Positions 37,613 to 50,220 of a stretch of DNA of 64,000 nucleotides are shown piece by piece. The translations under genes and the position numbers were made by a program. Location: positions 372,001-436,000 of the forward strand of contig NW_003314369.1 in the NCBI RefSeq assembly GCF_000143415.4, written 5' to 3'. Position 1 is the first letter of the stretch; each line of letters opens with the position of its first letter. This stretch comes from Selaginella moellendorffii. Taxonomy: Eukaryota > Plantae > Lycopodiophyta. The notes under the pieces are model-generated. The model was not told the DNA's origin. It ran no database searches and saw only the letters and a program-made list of their open reading frames with translations.

Positions 37613-39262
37613 ATGGGAGCTTCGTCCCAAATCTCTGCTAGGAGCAAGGCGAGAATGGAGAAATCCGGCATGGGGAGGCCCAATCGCTGCCTCTTGATCC
37701 TCGGCTTCGTGGTCTTCTGGTGGGTGATCTTCTTCTTCAACTTCCTCTCCATCGCCACTCCCAGCGAAGATGGGGCTTCCAGTTCCAGATCCATCCACAT
37801 TCCATTCTTTAGCTCGCGGCGGGAGCCTCTCAAGAGCAGTTACCCCAGTCCTGGCAAGCTCTCGCCATCGCCAGTGAGAAGGGTCGAATTCACGCCTCTC
37901 AACGAGCATCTATGGAAGCCGCTCAAGATGTTTGGAGCCAGAGACGATCGATGCGCTGGGCGATACGTCTACGTGCATCGATTGCCCAGAGATCTCAACG
38001 AAGGAATGCTGGACGACTGCCAGCATCTAAGCTTGTGGACCAACATGTGTAAGTTCACAGGCAATGCCGGGCTTGGGCCTCCTCTGGAAGACAAGGACAA
38101 CGCTTTCTCCGACCGTGGGTGGTACGCTACGAACCAGTTTGCCGTGGAGGTGATCTTTCACAACCGGATGAAGCAGTACGATTGCCTTACGAACGACTCC
38201 TCCATCGCTGCTGCCATCTTTGTGCCTTACTACGCCGGCCTCGACATCTCGAGATACTTGTGGGGTGTCAACGTTTCGACGAGGGATTCTGGAGCTCTCC
38301 GGATGGTAGACTGGCTCGTGAGGCAGCCCGAGTGGAGGAGGATGGGTGGACGCGACCACTTCATGGTCGCGGGCAGGATAACTTGGGACTTTAGACGAAA
38401 GACCGAGAAGGAGGACGACTGGGGGAACAAGCTGTTCATCATTCCCGAAGTGAAGAACATCACTTCGCTGGTGATCGAGGCCAGTCCGTGGCACTTCAAC
38501 GACTTCGCCATCCCGTATCCAACTTACTTTCATCCGACCCAGGACTCGGATGTTGTGGACTGGCAAGTTAGAATGCGGGGGATGGAGCGGCCGGCTTTGT
38601 TTTCCTTCGCTGGAGCACCCAGGCAGCAGTTGAGAAAGTCGATCCGTGAGCGGATCATGGACCAGTGCCGGGAGTCGCCGCAGTGCAAGCTCCTCGAGTG
38701 TGACTTCGGCGAGAGCAAGTGTCACGTTCCCAGTGCCGTGATGAAGCTGTTCGAGGAGTCGGTCTTCTGCCTACAGCCGCAGGGAGATTCGTTCACCCGG
38801 CGTTCCATCTTCGACTCGATGCTAGCCGGGTGCATACCGGTCTTCTTCCACCCGGACTCGGCTTACTCACAGTTTGTGTGGCACCTCCCACGAAACCACC
38901 GCAAGTACTCGGTTTTCATCTCCGAGATCGACATCCGAAGAGGAAACGTGAGCATCGAGAGCGTGCTCCGACAGATCCCCGCCGATGAAGTCCTCAGGAT
39001 GAGAGAGGAGGTGATCCAGCTGATCCCGAGGCTGCTCTACGCGGATCCACGGCAGCGTCTGGAATCCATGCAAGACGCCTTCGACGTTGCGGTGGAGGCT
39101 GTTATTGACAAGAACGCAAACTTGCGAACGACTCTCTTGCAAGGCAAGGATGACGACGAGCTGAGGAAGCTCCACAAGCCCGAAGGGGCGGAGACTGACG
39201 AGCTTGATGGTTCGGAGGAATCAATCCGACGTTGGCAGTCTCAGGCGGGAAGAAAGAAGTAG
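37613..39262 (+). CDS. MUR3: GT47 exostosin-family xyloglucan galactosyltransferase, MUR3/KATAMARI1-like, intronless
   Basis: TM anchor, [72 protein letters not shown]. Confidence 0.85.
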   Translation: MGASSQISARSKARMEKSGMGRPNRCLLILGFVVFWWVIFFFNFLSIATPSEDGASSSRSIHIPFFSSRREPLKSSYPSPGKLSPSPVRRVEFTPLNEHLWKPLKMFGARDDRCAGRYVYVHRLPRDLNEGMLDDCQHLSLWTNMCKFTGNAGLGPPLEDKDNAFSDRGWYATNQFAVEVIFHNRMKQYDCLTNDSSIAAAIFVPYYAGLDISRYLWGVNVSTRDSGALRMVDWLVRQPEWRRMGGRDHFMVAGRITWDFRRKTEKEDDWGNKLFIIPEVKNITSLVIEASPWHFNDFAIPYPTYFHPTQDSDVVDWQVRMRGMERPALFSFAGAPRQQLRKSIRERIMDQCRESPQCKLLECDFGESKCHVPSAVMKLFEESVFCLQPQGDSFTRRSIFDSMLAGCIPVFFHPDSAYSQFVWHLPRNHRKYSVFISEIDIRRGNVSIESVLRQIPADEVLRMREEVIQLIPRLLYADPRQRLESMQDAFDVAVEAVIDKNANLRTTLLQGKDDDELRKLHKPEGAETDELDGSEESIRRWQSQAGRKK

Positions 39263-40529
39263 AGATTGGTGGCAGGCAAAGCCCCGCCGCTCCTACGTCG
39301 ACGATATGTAGATTTCGTAGAGAGAATGTTTCGATATGGATGTGGAAGGAGGCTTCAAGTGTTTTAAAAGTTCCAGAGTTTCAGGTGTGCAATAAGAGAA
39401 ATGGAGCGCGGATTCTTTTGAGAACTCGGCTTTAAAAGAGGTTCTTACCTTTCGTTTCTCATTTACTTCGAAAGTTCTTCAACAACTAAATGAATTCCAT
39501 TGCAGGCTTTTCTCTTTTCCTTTTCAGTGGGAGACACAGAAGCACCGACTTTGAATACGGGAACCAACCCGGTTGAATGCTGGTAATGAAAGTTTCGTAT
39601 CTAGTAGTAGTAACGCTTCCTCTGTCTGATGATTCCTCTTTTTCTTGTTTTTCTTCTTATAGATCCATGGTTGCTGTCATTCAATCCAGATTCCTCGGTC
39701 ACCATTCATGGCGGCTTCTTCTTTTCCTTAAACGTGACACTGGCACTGCGCCGAACGAGTTAAGGCACTGTTCCTCGCCTGGAATTGTGTGGCGACGTTT
39801 GCGACAGACAATATGCCTGCATGTGGTGAATAGTTTTTTCCTTGGAAGGTACTCCTGACTTGACTTGGTTTAATCTGCTGCTATCTACTTTAACCTTTCT
39901 TTGTTAGTGCAGTGCAGCGCAGCAGCAAAACGGGAAGTCCACCCTCGGAAACGACCGAGGATGCACGAGGGCTTGTTGGTTTTGGAGCTGCAGTTGTGGC
40001 TGCTGAATGGTGGTCTCAGTGATGGCTACATGGTGCCTCGTGTTGCTGCTGGATTCTAGACTGAAATCCACCGCATGAAAGAGAAGATAGCATCAGTAAA
40101 CTCTGAAGAACGCAAACAAATCTGTGATTGTAAAAGCTTAAGGTTTAGATCTTAGAAATTTTATTCAAGAGGCCCGACACTTTGACAAGGTTGCATCTCG
40201 AAAGGCCGTTCCTTAGCGAAGCCACTCTGGTTAGGCCGCTTTTCTTCTCGAGATCCTCCTTGGATTGTCTAACGGGCCGAAAGTGTTATAGACACATTAG
40301 CCTGAGAGCGCTTGTACCAAAAATTCCGAGTCGTTTCACAGATGACAACACAGGTATTTCATTTCAAGGCTGGTCGAGATGAGTTTGACGACGTTATTGC
40401 AACATCTGCTCTCCCTTTGTTCCAGTCGTTGATAGACTCCACTGAGCATAGTGGAACTACTTTTGTGGCTAAGTTGGCTGGAGTACGTTGAAGCTAAACA
40501 TCAGCAGCCTTTAGCTCGCGGCACTTGAT

Positions 40530-41025
40530 AAAGTCGATTCGTGAGCGGATCATGGACCAGTGCCGGGAATCGCCGCAGTCAGTGCCGTGATGAAGCTGTT
40601 CGGTCTTTTGCCTACAACTGCAGGGAGATTCTTTCACCCGGCGTTCCATCTTCGACGCCGGGTGCATGCCGGTCTTCTTCCACCCGGACTCGGCTTACTC
40701 ACAGTTTGTGTGGCACCTCCCACGCAAGTACATCTCCGAGATCGACGTCCGAAGAGGAAACGTGAGCATCGAGAGTGTGCTCCGACAGATCCCCACCGAT
40801 GAAGTCCTCGGGATGAGAGAGGAGGTGATCCAGGATCCACGGCAGCGGCTGGAATCCATGCAAGACTCCTTCAACGTTGCGGTGGAGGCTGTTATTGACA
40901 TGCGAACGGCTCTCTTGCAAGGCAAGGATGACGACGAGCTGAAGGGGGGGAGACTGACGAGCTCAATGGTCCGGAGGATTCAATTCGGGTGTTGGCAGTC
41001 TCAGGCGGGAAGAAAGAAGCAGTGA
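40530..41025 (+). pseudogene. Deleted 3' fragment of the MUR3-like gene, part of a local duplication (~38635-40060 copied at ~40530-41780)
   Basis: [19 protein letters not shown]...WQSQAGRKK with many internal deletions; downstream intergenic DNA also duplicated. Confidence 0.85.
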
Positions 41026-41676
41026 ATGGTGGCAGGCAAAGCCCCGCCGCTCCTACGCCGACGATTGTCAATTTCGTAGAGAAAATGTTTCGCTATGGAT
41101 GTGGAAGGAGGCTTAAGTGATTTCTTCGTGCTTAAAGTTCCAGAGTTTCAGGTGAGGAATGGAGCGTGGATTCTTTTGAAACTCGACTTTACAAGAGGTT
41201 CTTACTTCTTACCGTCATTTACTTCAAAAGTTCTTTCAAAATAAATTCCAATGCAGGCTTTTTTCTTCTCTTTTTCAGTGGGAGAGAGACAGACAGACAG
41301 AAGCACCGACTTTGAATACTGGAACCAACTGTTGGTAATGAAAGTTTCGTATCTAGTAGTAGTAACGCTTCCTCTATCTGATGATTCCTCTTTTTTGTTT
41401 TTCTTCTTATAGATCCATGGTTGCTGGCATTCAATCCAGATTCCTTGCCTGGCTTGTCGCCATTCATAGCGGCTCCTTCTTTTCTTTAAACGTGACACTG
41501 GCACTGCTCCGAACGAGTTAAGGCAGCTTGGAATTGTGTGGCGACGTTTGCGACAGACAACAGGCTTGCATGTGGTGAATGCTTTTTTCCTTGGAAGGTA
41601 CTGACTTTTAGAGAATTTTTAACCTTTCTTTGTTAGTGCAGCAAAACGGGAAGTCCACCCTCGGAAACGACTGAGG

Positions 41677-43188
41677 ATGCCGATGGCTTCTTGGCTTTGG
41701 AGCTGCAGTTGTGGCTGCTGGATGGTGGTCACGGTGATGGCTTCATGGTGCCTCGTGTTGCTGCTGGTTTCTGAGTACTGGATCGCATTGGACAAGGCTG
41801 CCGAGACTGAGATTGTTGCAGCCGCCGCGTCATACATCATTTCTACCAGAGAAACACCGAGCTCGAGGCTTCTTGAGAGGCGTTTGACAGCAGAGAATCC
41901 TCAAACAGGAGGGGTGCGAGCAGAGAAGAGGAAAACACGCTGCCGTGGAAGGTACGTCTATATGTACACGCTCCCTGCAAGCTTCAACCGGGGATTGCTG
42001 GAGCAGTGTGACAGGCTCAGCGTTTGGACGAATATGTGCCCCCACATAGCAAATGCAGGACTCGGGCAGCCTCTCAACGATGTCGCTCTGGACCTCACGT
42101 CTCGAGCGGGGTGGTATGCGACAAACCAGTTCTCGGCGGAAGTCATCTTTCACGAGAGCATGAAGGGGTACGAGTGCCTCACCAGTGACTGGAAGCGAGC
42201 AACGGCGATTTACGTTCCGTTCTACGCAGGATTCGAGATGTCGAGGCACGTCGGGCAGAAGAATGTGAGCGTGAGAGACGAGGCCGGGAAGAGACTGGGG
42301 AAGTGGCTGCAGAGACAGGAACAGTGGAAAGCTTCCGGTGGCAGGGATCATTTCATGGTGTCAGGCAGGATCACTTGGGACTTTATCCGGAGCTCGAACA
42401 GTCCGGAGTCCTGGGGAAACAATCTTCTGCTGCTGCCTTGGACGAGAAACATGTCGGTTTTGCTGATCGAGGCTCGTCCCTGGCTGCCCAACGAGCACGG
42501 GATCCCGTATCCGACGTACTTTCATCCATCGACAGCGTCTCAGCTCCAAAGCTGGCAGCAAAGGCTGAGGCACTCTTTTAGAAGAAGGAGGAGGGAGTTG
42601 ATCGGGTTTGTGGGAGCTGTGAAGGCCAAGAACTTGGTCCGGGACAGGGTTTTTGATCAGTGCCGGAAGTCATCGCAGCACTGCCGGATGCTGGATTGCC
42701 AGGGAGAGAGCGGTGGAGAGTGTCACGATCCTCACAGGGTGATGGAGCTGTTCTTGAGCTCGACGTTTTGCCTCCAGCCTCGGGGAGACTCTTTCACTCG
42801 GCGTTCCACTTTTGATTCGCTGCTTGCCGGATGCATCCCGGTGTTCTTCAGCGAGCACTCGGCTTACAGCCAGTATGCGTGGAACCTCCCGGCGGACAGC
42901 AGCAGCTATTCGGTCTTGATACCGGAGTCCGAGCTGGTGATGGATGGAGTGATCGAAACAAGGCTTTTGTCGATCGAAGTGGAGGAGATCCAGCGCATGC
43001 AAGAGAAGATTGTGGAGATGGTGCCGGAGTTGAGCTATGCCGACCCGCGCTTCCAGGGAAGAACAGAATTTGTCGATGCGTTTGGAGCTGTGGTACGAGG
43101 CGTCACGAGGCTGGTAGGAGAGAAAAAGAAAAACGTCTCATTGAGGACGAAACGTAAAATTCTTCCGAGATTTACGGAAGAACCCTAA
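41677..43188 (+). CDS. Second GT47-A xyloglucan glycosyltransferase-like gene, intronless
   Basis: [61 protein letters not shown]. Confidence 0.9.
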   Translation: MPMASWLWSCSCGCWMVVTVMASWCLVLLLVSEYWIALDKAAETEIVAAAASYIISTRETPSSRLLERRLTAENPQTGGVRAEKRKTRCRGRYVYMYTLPASFNRGLLEQCDRLSVWTNMCPHIANAGLGQPLNDVALDLTSRAGWYATNQFSAEVIFHESMKGYECLTSDWKRATAIYVPFYAGFEMSRHVGQKNVSVRDEAGKRLGKWLQRQEQWKASGGRDHFMVSGRITWDFIRSSNSPESWGNNLLLLPWTRNMSVLLIEARPWLPNEHGIPYPTYFHPSTASQLQSWQQRLRHSFRRRRRELIGFVGAVKAKNLVRDRVFDQCRKSSQHCRMLDCQGESGGECHDPHRVMELFLSSTFCLQPRGDSFTRRSTFDSLLAGCIPVFFSEHSAYSQYAWNLPADSSSYSVLIPESELVMDGVIETRLLSIEVEEIQRMQEKIVEMVPELSYADPRFQGRTEFVDAFGAVVRGVTRLVGEKKKNVSLRTKRKILPRFTEEP

Positions 43189-43287
43189 ATATCAACTGTC
43201 ATGTTCAGCTGACTATCCTTTCTTTTGTCTTTGATGATCCTCCAGAGCGACTACTTTGGAGTGGAGAGGACTTCCCAGGTCCGGGCC

Positions 43288-45456
43288 ATGCCCAGATCAG
43301 GAGCTCCAGAGCAATCGAGATCGCTACTCATGACAGTGTGCCGGCAGAAGCTGGAGATTCCCAAATCGGAGGACGCGATGGAGCACTCGGCCAAATTTGC
43401 CGCGCGAGACAAGCCTCGCAAGCTCCGGGATCAGCATTCTTGCAGCTCGACCACTATCGGCAGCGCCGGCGGCCTTGATTCCTTGCGATGCGACGTCCGG
43501 AGGCTGGAAGATCGATCAAACCCATCGTCTTTGGATGTGGAGGCGTGTGGAGTGCTGCTGAGAAGGTGCGCTCTCCACAGGGCTCTCGAGGAGGGCAAGC
43601 GCCTCCACCGGCAAATCGTCGCGAGCCGCGAGAGTTGCAACACTTTCCTCGTGAATCTCGTCGTGCTCATGTATGGCAGCTGCGGCAGGATACACGATGC
43701 GCTCCAGGCCTTCCACTCGATCGATCCTCGCAATGCCCACTCGTGGAACATCATGATTGCGGCATTTTCCCAGAATGGGCATCCGCGCGAGGCGCTGGAT
43801 CTCTACTGGAAGATGGACCCGGGGCTGAGTCGATCGAGCGTGAGCTACTGTGCGGCGCTGGGGCTGTGCGCCAAGCTGGGCGCCATCGCCGACGGGAGGA
43901 AGATCCACGAGAGCGTGCGAGGGACGGTGTTTGAGAGCTATGGCGGTGCTGGAAGCGTGGGGATCGCGCTCGTCAACATGTATGGCAAGTGCGCGTGCCC
44001 GGACGACGCCAGGATCGTCTTCGACAAGCTCCGCCACCGATCAAACGTCTGCTGGAACGCGATGATCTCAGCCTACGCGCAGAACCAGCGGGGATCCCAA
44101 GCGATCGATCTCTTCCGGCGTATGGATCACGAGGGGATGGACTTCACCGCCATCACCTTTGTTAGCGTCATCGATGCCTGCGCGAAGGAGAAGCTCTCCG
44201 CAAGCCGCGAGCTCCTGGCGCGGCAGATCCACGCTCGCGCTGCGCAGCGCGGGCTCCTTCCTGGCGACGTGATCGTCGGCAGCGCGCTCGTCAACATGTA
44301 TGGCAAGTGGGGGATGATCCGCGACGCGCAAGCGCTCTTCGACTCGATGGAGCGGAGAAACTGCTTCACCTGGTCGGGGATGATCGCGGCCTACGCTCAG
44401 ATCGGCCAGCCCCGGCGCGCGCTGGAGCTCTTTCGATCCATGGACGTGAGACCCAACAACGTGACGCTCATCAGCGTGCTAGACGCATGCACGCAGCTGG
44501 GCGACGCTGCCACTGCCAAGATCGTCCGCGAGCTCTTCGATCGATCACGAGAAGAGGGCGTCGATCGGGATGGTACCGGCGCCATCACTCTCGGCAACGC
44601 GCTCATCAACTTCTACGCCAAGGTTGGCGACTGGGAGCTCGCGCGCGAGATCTTCGAGAGGATGCCGCGCAAGAGCGTCGTCACCTGGACATCGATGCTC
44701 TCGGCCTACGCGCGCAATGGCCACTCCGCGCAAGCGCTCGAGCTCTTCCACCGCATGGAAGGATTCGAGCTGCAGTCACACCCGGTGACGATCATCAGCG
44801 CGCTCGACGCCTGCGCGGACGGAGCCGGATCACTCAAGGAGGGGCGGCGGATCCACCAGCAGCTCCTCCAGAGCGGGATCAAGCCCGACGGCGCGGTCGC
44901 CAACGCTGTGATCAGCATGTATGGCAAGAGCGGCAGTGTAAGCGAGGCCTGGGAGGTGTTCGCGGCCATGACTGATCGAAGCGTAGTCTCGTGGACGTCC
45001 ATCTTGGCTGCGTTTGCCGAGCACCAATCCATCGACGAGGCATTCGCGATCCAGAGGATGATGTGCCAGGAGGGGATGGATCCCGACGATGTCACCTTCA
45101 TAAGCCTGCTCTTCGCTTGCAGCCACGCCGGGAAGCTCGAGCAAGGCCGCGAGGTGTTCTTGGCGATGGTGGCGGACTTTGACACGAGGCCGATGGTGGA
45201 GCACTACCGGTGCATGGTGGACTTGCTGGCCAGGACGGGGAGGTTGGCGGAGGCGGAGGAGCTGGTGCGGAGGATGCCCGGCGGCGCTGACCTCGTGTGC
45301 TGGTCAACGCTGCTCAACGGGTGTAAGCTCCATGACAACGAGGAGCACGCCAAGAGGGCCGCGGATGGCCTGTCGGTTGCCACGCCCGGCAGCTCCGGGG
45401 CTTTTGTGCTGCTGGCCCAGAGCCTGTGCGCCAAGGAATCTTCCAAGGCCCGTTGA
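43288..45456 (+). CDS. PLS-class pentatricopeptide repeat protein with E domain and no DYW
   Basis: Repeated ALVNMYGK..DA..FD.M....W.AMI.AYAQ units, HYRCMVDLLARTGRLAEAEEL, WSTLLNGCKLH; start codon uncertain (43288 or 43378). Confidence 0.9.
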   Translation: MPRSGAPEQSRSLLMTVCRQKLEIPKSEDAMEHSAKFAARDKPRKLRDQHSCSSTTIGSAGGLDSLRCDVRRLEDRSNPSSLDVEACGVLLRRCALHRALEEGKRLHRQIVASRESCNTFLVNLVVLMYGSCGRIHDALQAFHSIDPRNAHSWNIMIAAFSQNGHPREALDLYWKMDPGLSRSSVSYCAALGLCAKLGAIADGRKIHESVRGTVFESYGGAGSVGIALVNMYGKCACPDDARIVFDKLRHRSNVCWNAMISAYAQNQRGSQAIDLFRRMDHEGMDFTAITFVSVIDACAKEKLSASRELLARQIHARAAQRGLLPGDVIVGSALVNMYGKWGMIRDAQALFDSMERRNCFTWSGMIAAYAQIGQPRRALELFRSMDVRPNNVTLISVLDACTQLGDAATAKIVRELFDRSREEGVDRDGTGAITLGNALINFYAKVGDWELAREIFERMPRKSVVTWTSMLSAYARNGHSAQALELFHRMEGFELQSHPVTIISALDACADGAGSLKEGRRIHQQLLQSGIKPDGAVANAVISMYGKSGSVSEAWEVFAAMTDRSVVSWTSILAAFAEHQSIDEAFAIQRMMCQEGMDPDDVTFISLLFACSHAGKLEQGREVFLAMVADFDTRPMVEHYRCMVDLLARTGRLAEAEELVRRMPGGADLVCWSTLLNGCKLHDNEEHAKRAADGLSVATPGSSGAFVLLAQSLCAKESSKAR

Positions 45457-45861
45457 CCACATTGGACTTTTGCCTTTGTATATGGGCTTTTCAAACAGTC
45501 AACTTAATCGAGAGCAGCTGAGATTGCTTTGCTTGTTAAGTGGAGCATGAATTACTTGAATTTTTTTTCCTTGGCCGTCTTGATCAGGTCAAATTTTGTT
45601 TGCAGTTGCTTGGCCGCTCCTCGTTGGCTTCCTTCTGTGTGGGCTTCCAGTGCTTCTAAGTTGTAGCTTTGCTCTTGCCTTTGTTTCTTTGTCTTAACTT
45701 GACTCTTTCGACACAACTTTAATTGAACCTCCTTAGTTGTATTTGATAGAACTCATCAAACTTGGGTCGCCATTTGAAGTTGCCAATAATTCTAAGCATA
45801 ATTTTCTCGTCATCACAAAGGTTTGAAACTTCATTAAAGAATTGAGCGAGGCCAAAAAATC

Positions 45862-48428
45862 TCATCTCGCAGACACAGTGTCGGTGTCCAAGAAGAAGCT
45901 CTTGAAAGTAGCGGTAGAGGAGGAGAGGCCACTGTTGAGGTCGAGGCGAAGCTCCCCTTTGGACGCGAAGAACAGGCCTTCGACGGGGACTTTGCTGTCC
46001 ACGGTCGAGGAGCCTTCGAGCATTTGGACAACGCTGCCCATGGACGGCCTCGCGCTCGCATTCTCTTGCAGGCACAGGAAAGCGATCCTGATGACTCTCA
46101 CGACTTCCCCCTCGTCCGCCTGGCTAGAGATCCTGGGATCGACCACGTCCATGTCCCTGCCTTGCTGGACCAGCTCCAAGCAAAAGCTTGGTAGATAAAA
46201 CTTCTCCGTCTCCGAGACCCGCGAGAAGCACTTCCGCCCGCTGATCACCTCCAGCAGCACCACTCCAAAGCTGTAAACGTCGCTCTTCTCGGTGATGGAA
46301 GCCTCGAGCAGCCACTCCGGAGCTAGGTATCCTGGAGTCCCTCGCATCGTCGTCATCACGTAGCTTTGGTCGCGAGACATGAGCCTGGAGAGTCCAAAGT
46401 CCGCGACTTTAGCCACGAAAGACTTGTCCAGGAGTATGTTCTGCGGCTTGATGTCGAGATGATCCTTTGCATGCATTCTTCGTGAAGGTACGCAAGGCCT
46501 CTCGCCATCCCCAGCACGATCTCTATGCGTTGCTTCCAGCATAGCACCATCAAGTTCTTCTCGGAGTCCTGGTAAATCCACTTGTCCAGCGATCCATTCG
46601 TCATGTGCTCGTAGACGAGGAGCCTGTTTGATCCCTCCGAGCAAAACCCGAGCAGCTTTACCAGGTTCCAGTGATGGAGACTTCCCAGCACTGCCACCTC
46701 TGCGTAGAATTCCTTCTTTCCCTGTCCCGTGCCTTCGAGCTTCTTCACCGCCACCGTTCTACCATCTGGAAGAGTTCCCTCGTACACACCACCAAAGCCT
46801 CCAGTGCCGAGGAGCTTGCTAAAGTTGCCGGTGATCCGCCCCAGAGCCGAGAGGGAGAAACGCATCGGCCTCAAGTTCTCGATCGACTCGAGGAAGTTGT
46901 CACTGTCGTAGTCCACGGCTGCTTTAATGCTCGTCCGCCGTCTCCTGATCCAGAGAAACACCAGGACGACGAGCGAGAGGGCTCCAAGAACCGAGACGAC
47001 GATCCCGGCAATGACTCCAGCCGAGAGCTTGGAGCTTGTTGTCCCTGCTCTTCTCGTCGCCTTGATATAACCAACGTGAGATTGAGTGGAAACTCGCTGG
47101 AGGGTGCTCGTATTGTCGACCGTGAAGCACGAGTTGGATTCTTCCCAGAAGAAAAATGCCGAGCACGAGCAGTTCCTCAAGCACCTGTCGCGGCACTCGT
47201 CGATGGTGACTTGCGAACCATTTACATACTTGCTGGAGAAGTGTTCCACTCCAGGAACTGGAACGAACTCGAGAGATTCGATGTCGCTGCAAGACTCCAC
47301 TGCCGGAGCGGAACAAGTGTCTGTCCAGCCAGCCGTGGTTCCGTCCGAGTTCAAGCACCCGACACAAGCGCTGCTCGAGCAAATTCCAAAAGGCTGGCAC
47401 CGCTGAGGCAGCAAGCACGAGTCATTCCTCGCGAGAAGATTGTAACTATCCGACCATATGAGCAAGTTCTCCAGAGTATACGCGTGAAGATCCCCCTCAA
47501 ACTCAAGCCGGATGAACGACTGGTTACGTGGAGTGTTTGCCGATGATCTCGTGAGCAGAAGACCTCCCGTTGCATTCAAGCCACACAGAGCTTGAGACCT
47601 CGTTCCGGACGGAGCCGTGTCGTTGCTAAGCATCATGTTGAGCACTAGATTCAAACCATCTCCATTGAGAACCGCCGCTGCGAGCGAGTCACAAGCCTGT
47701 CGAGCAGCTGTCAGAGTGTCAACTCCATGGTATCCTCGAATCCAGTAAGGCTCTTGACGAGTCCCCGAGAAGTTGGAGTAGAGAACCAGACCACCGGGTT
47801 CCATAACTAGAGAGTAGAATCCTGGAGAGGGATCGGTCCTGCTCCTCCGGCTCTGGAGCCTCATTCCCGGTCGAAGGACTTGGCCAGCCATCAAAGTATC
47901 TGTGGGACGATCGAAGCTTTGCCACAAGATGGTGTTGTTGCGAAACACCACCAAGTTCCCAGTCTCTCGCACAACTTCCACCCGGGTAGCTCCCCTGTTT
48001 GCTGTTCCAGTCGACCACACCAGCCTCCCGTCGCGATCTCTCAGCACGAGATCACCGTCCGAGGCGAGAGAGAGCGTGGCGTTGAGTCCGACTGGATCTT
48101 CCCGGTTTGCCTCCCAGATGATCCTCTGCGTGGTTGGAAAACCCGAGTCGACGTTCATGAGCACTGCGAGTGTGTAGCGATCTGGAGTAGAGTTGACAAA
48201 GCCAAGGTTGTAGACGCCACTAAAGAAACCTGTCATTCTCGTGGTAGCGCCGTAAACGTCCTGGTTCTCAGAGTTTTGGGTAGCTCGAGCCGGATCATTG
48301 AAGAAAATATAGCCAGTGCCAGTGGGCACATCGAAGGCCAGGGCCGGCACTGCTACAAATGCTAACAGCACCAATGGCGCTGCAAGGAACAGGAGAGTGG
48401 TACCTTGTTTGCTGCGCGCCGAATCCAT
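45862..48428 (-). pseudogene. G-type lectin (bulb lectin/PAN) S-domain receptor-like kinase with a frameshift in the catalytic loop
   Basis: Signal peptide, IWEANR, GDLVLRD, WQSFDRPTDTL, PAN cysteines, TM, GTGGFGGVY, VAVKKL; ECMQRII and LDIKPQN...DFG...APE are in different frames, break at ~46460. Confidence 0.85.
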
Positions 48429-50220
48429 ACTATCATCAGAACCAATCGATGTGCTCTTCCTCCTCTTCTCCGCCTTGAAAATGGATGAGCGCGCTGGCTA
48501 GATTGATCAACGCGCCTTTGACCCTGCACTGTATATGAAAAAGTAGTCGGCAGTCGTACAATACGTATAAAATAATATTGGGCTTGGCATTACCTTCGCA
48601 TTATCCCCCTCTTTGCGAGCCAACGAAGATCTGAGAACGTACACTGACAATCTGGAAAACCAACAAACGAAAATACAAAGATTGGAGAAAACTTGGCGTG
48701 AAACATATACATGAAACCTTACACTCACCTGTAGTTACAGTGAATCTCGAATCGGTCATAATTCTCATGACCGAGATCTCGGAGGGCCTTCTCCAGAAGC
48801 ACGATCGTCACGAGGATGGATTCATCGGTCTTGAAGTAACTGCCGGACTCTGAAAAGAGAAGCAAGTTTTAAGAACCGAACAAGCGGAGGCGAACAGGAA
48901 AAGTAAAGACGTGCCTGAAAGCTTTACCAGAGTCCTTGTCGGTTAGAAAAAAGTAAGGAAAAGAAAAAGAGAAAAGCTCACACCTATGAGCTTTTCTCAT
49001 AGCTCATCTATGTGGTGCTCTTTTTTCACGTCCGAATAGATAGCGATTGATCAGAAGTTTCATAGCGCAGGCTTTGTGATCCTCCACTGGTATTCTCCAG
49101 CAGCAGGATCGTGGACAGCATCCCAATCCATCGTGAGAGTACCGAATTCCGAGTAGCATCTGTCTTGAACTGTGGAAACAGCCAAACATCGCTTGAGTCT
49201 GAAAAGATAAAAATGTTATCTTTTCAGAAAACGATGGAAGAACAAAGACGTACCAGGATTTTGCCGCGACAGATTTTCCAACAACCTATCGAATCGAAGA
49301 ACCAATAGAAAGGAGCTTGCCACGATGCGTTTATCCTCGCAAGGTACACGAGATCTGGCCATGATATCGAACAGCAGAGAAGAAGCGATCTACTCACCGA
49401 GGCGCAGGCGCTCGAAATCCGGTAGCGCATTCACAAGGCGCTCAACCCCGCCGGTGCTGCTGCGAGAAAGATCCATAAACCCTAGCTCGTGCCCCGGCAT
49501 ATTCTCTTTTTTGAAATGATTCTTAGAATATTCAATTTTAACCGTTAATCCTTTAATTTTCTGGTAAGCTCACGGATTTATTCGATTCCATGGTATAAAA
49601 TGGCATGATTTCAAGAAATTCAAGCTTGTACATGAGGAAGTGTCCTTCGACATCATCGGATCAAAAACAGTGCCATACATCTGTGTTCTAGGCGAGGAAT
49701 TATGGAAATATGAAACAACACGGATGGATCGCGAGAAAAAAGCCAAAGATTCAATAACAAAAGGATATTCTCTTCAAGCTTTCAGGGCATCACACAACAA
49801 TATGTAGACAGCAATTTCTACCAGATTACTTATTTGATTTAGTAGCACTATGCTGCTGAGGGCGCTTGCTATCTTTGCAAGTTTCATGCCCCCAACCAGC
49901 AATACTGCTTGTCTCCTGGCATAAGTTTTCCGACCAGAACACAGCAAATGCCGCGACCAGGCACCTGCGACCTTAGGTCTGATTTGTAGTGTGAGAATGA
50001 CAGGGGATTATTTGTATCCTAGCAAGAGAAATAGCTATTGAGCTACTTTCATAAAATGGGCAAAAATGAGTACACAACCTCATCTCCTACATACAATGTG
50101 GTTTTGGGCACATGCCACGTGGTGGCACTGGATAAGTAGAAGTTCTTGTACATAGAGAAAAGAGAATTTTCTTTATAGCCATTTTTTGAGAAAGTATAGT
50201 TATAAATGAAAACTATAAAT

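Noticed and set aside
29500-48400. Many long antisense or alternate-frame ORFs over GC-rich genes
   Set aside because: Expected shadows of high-GC coding sequence
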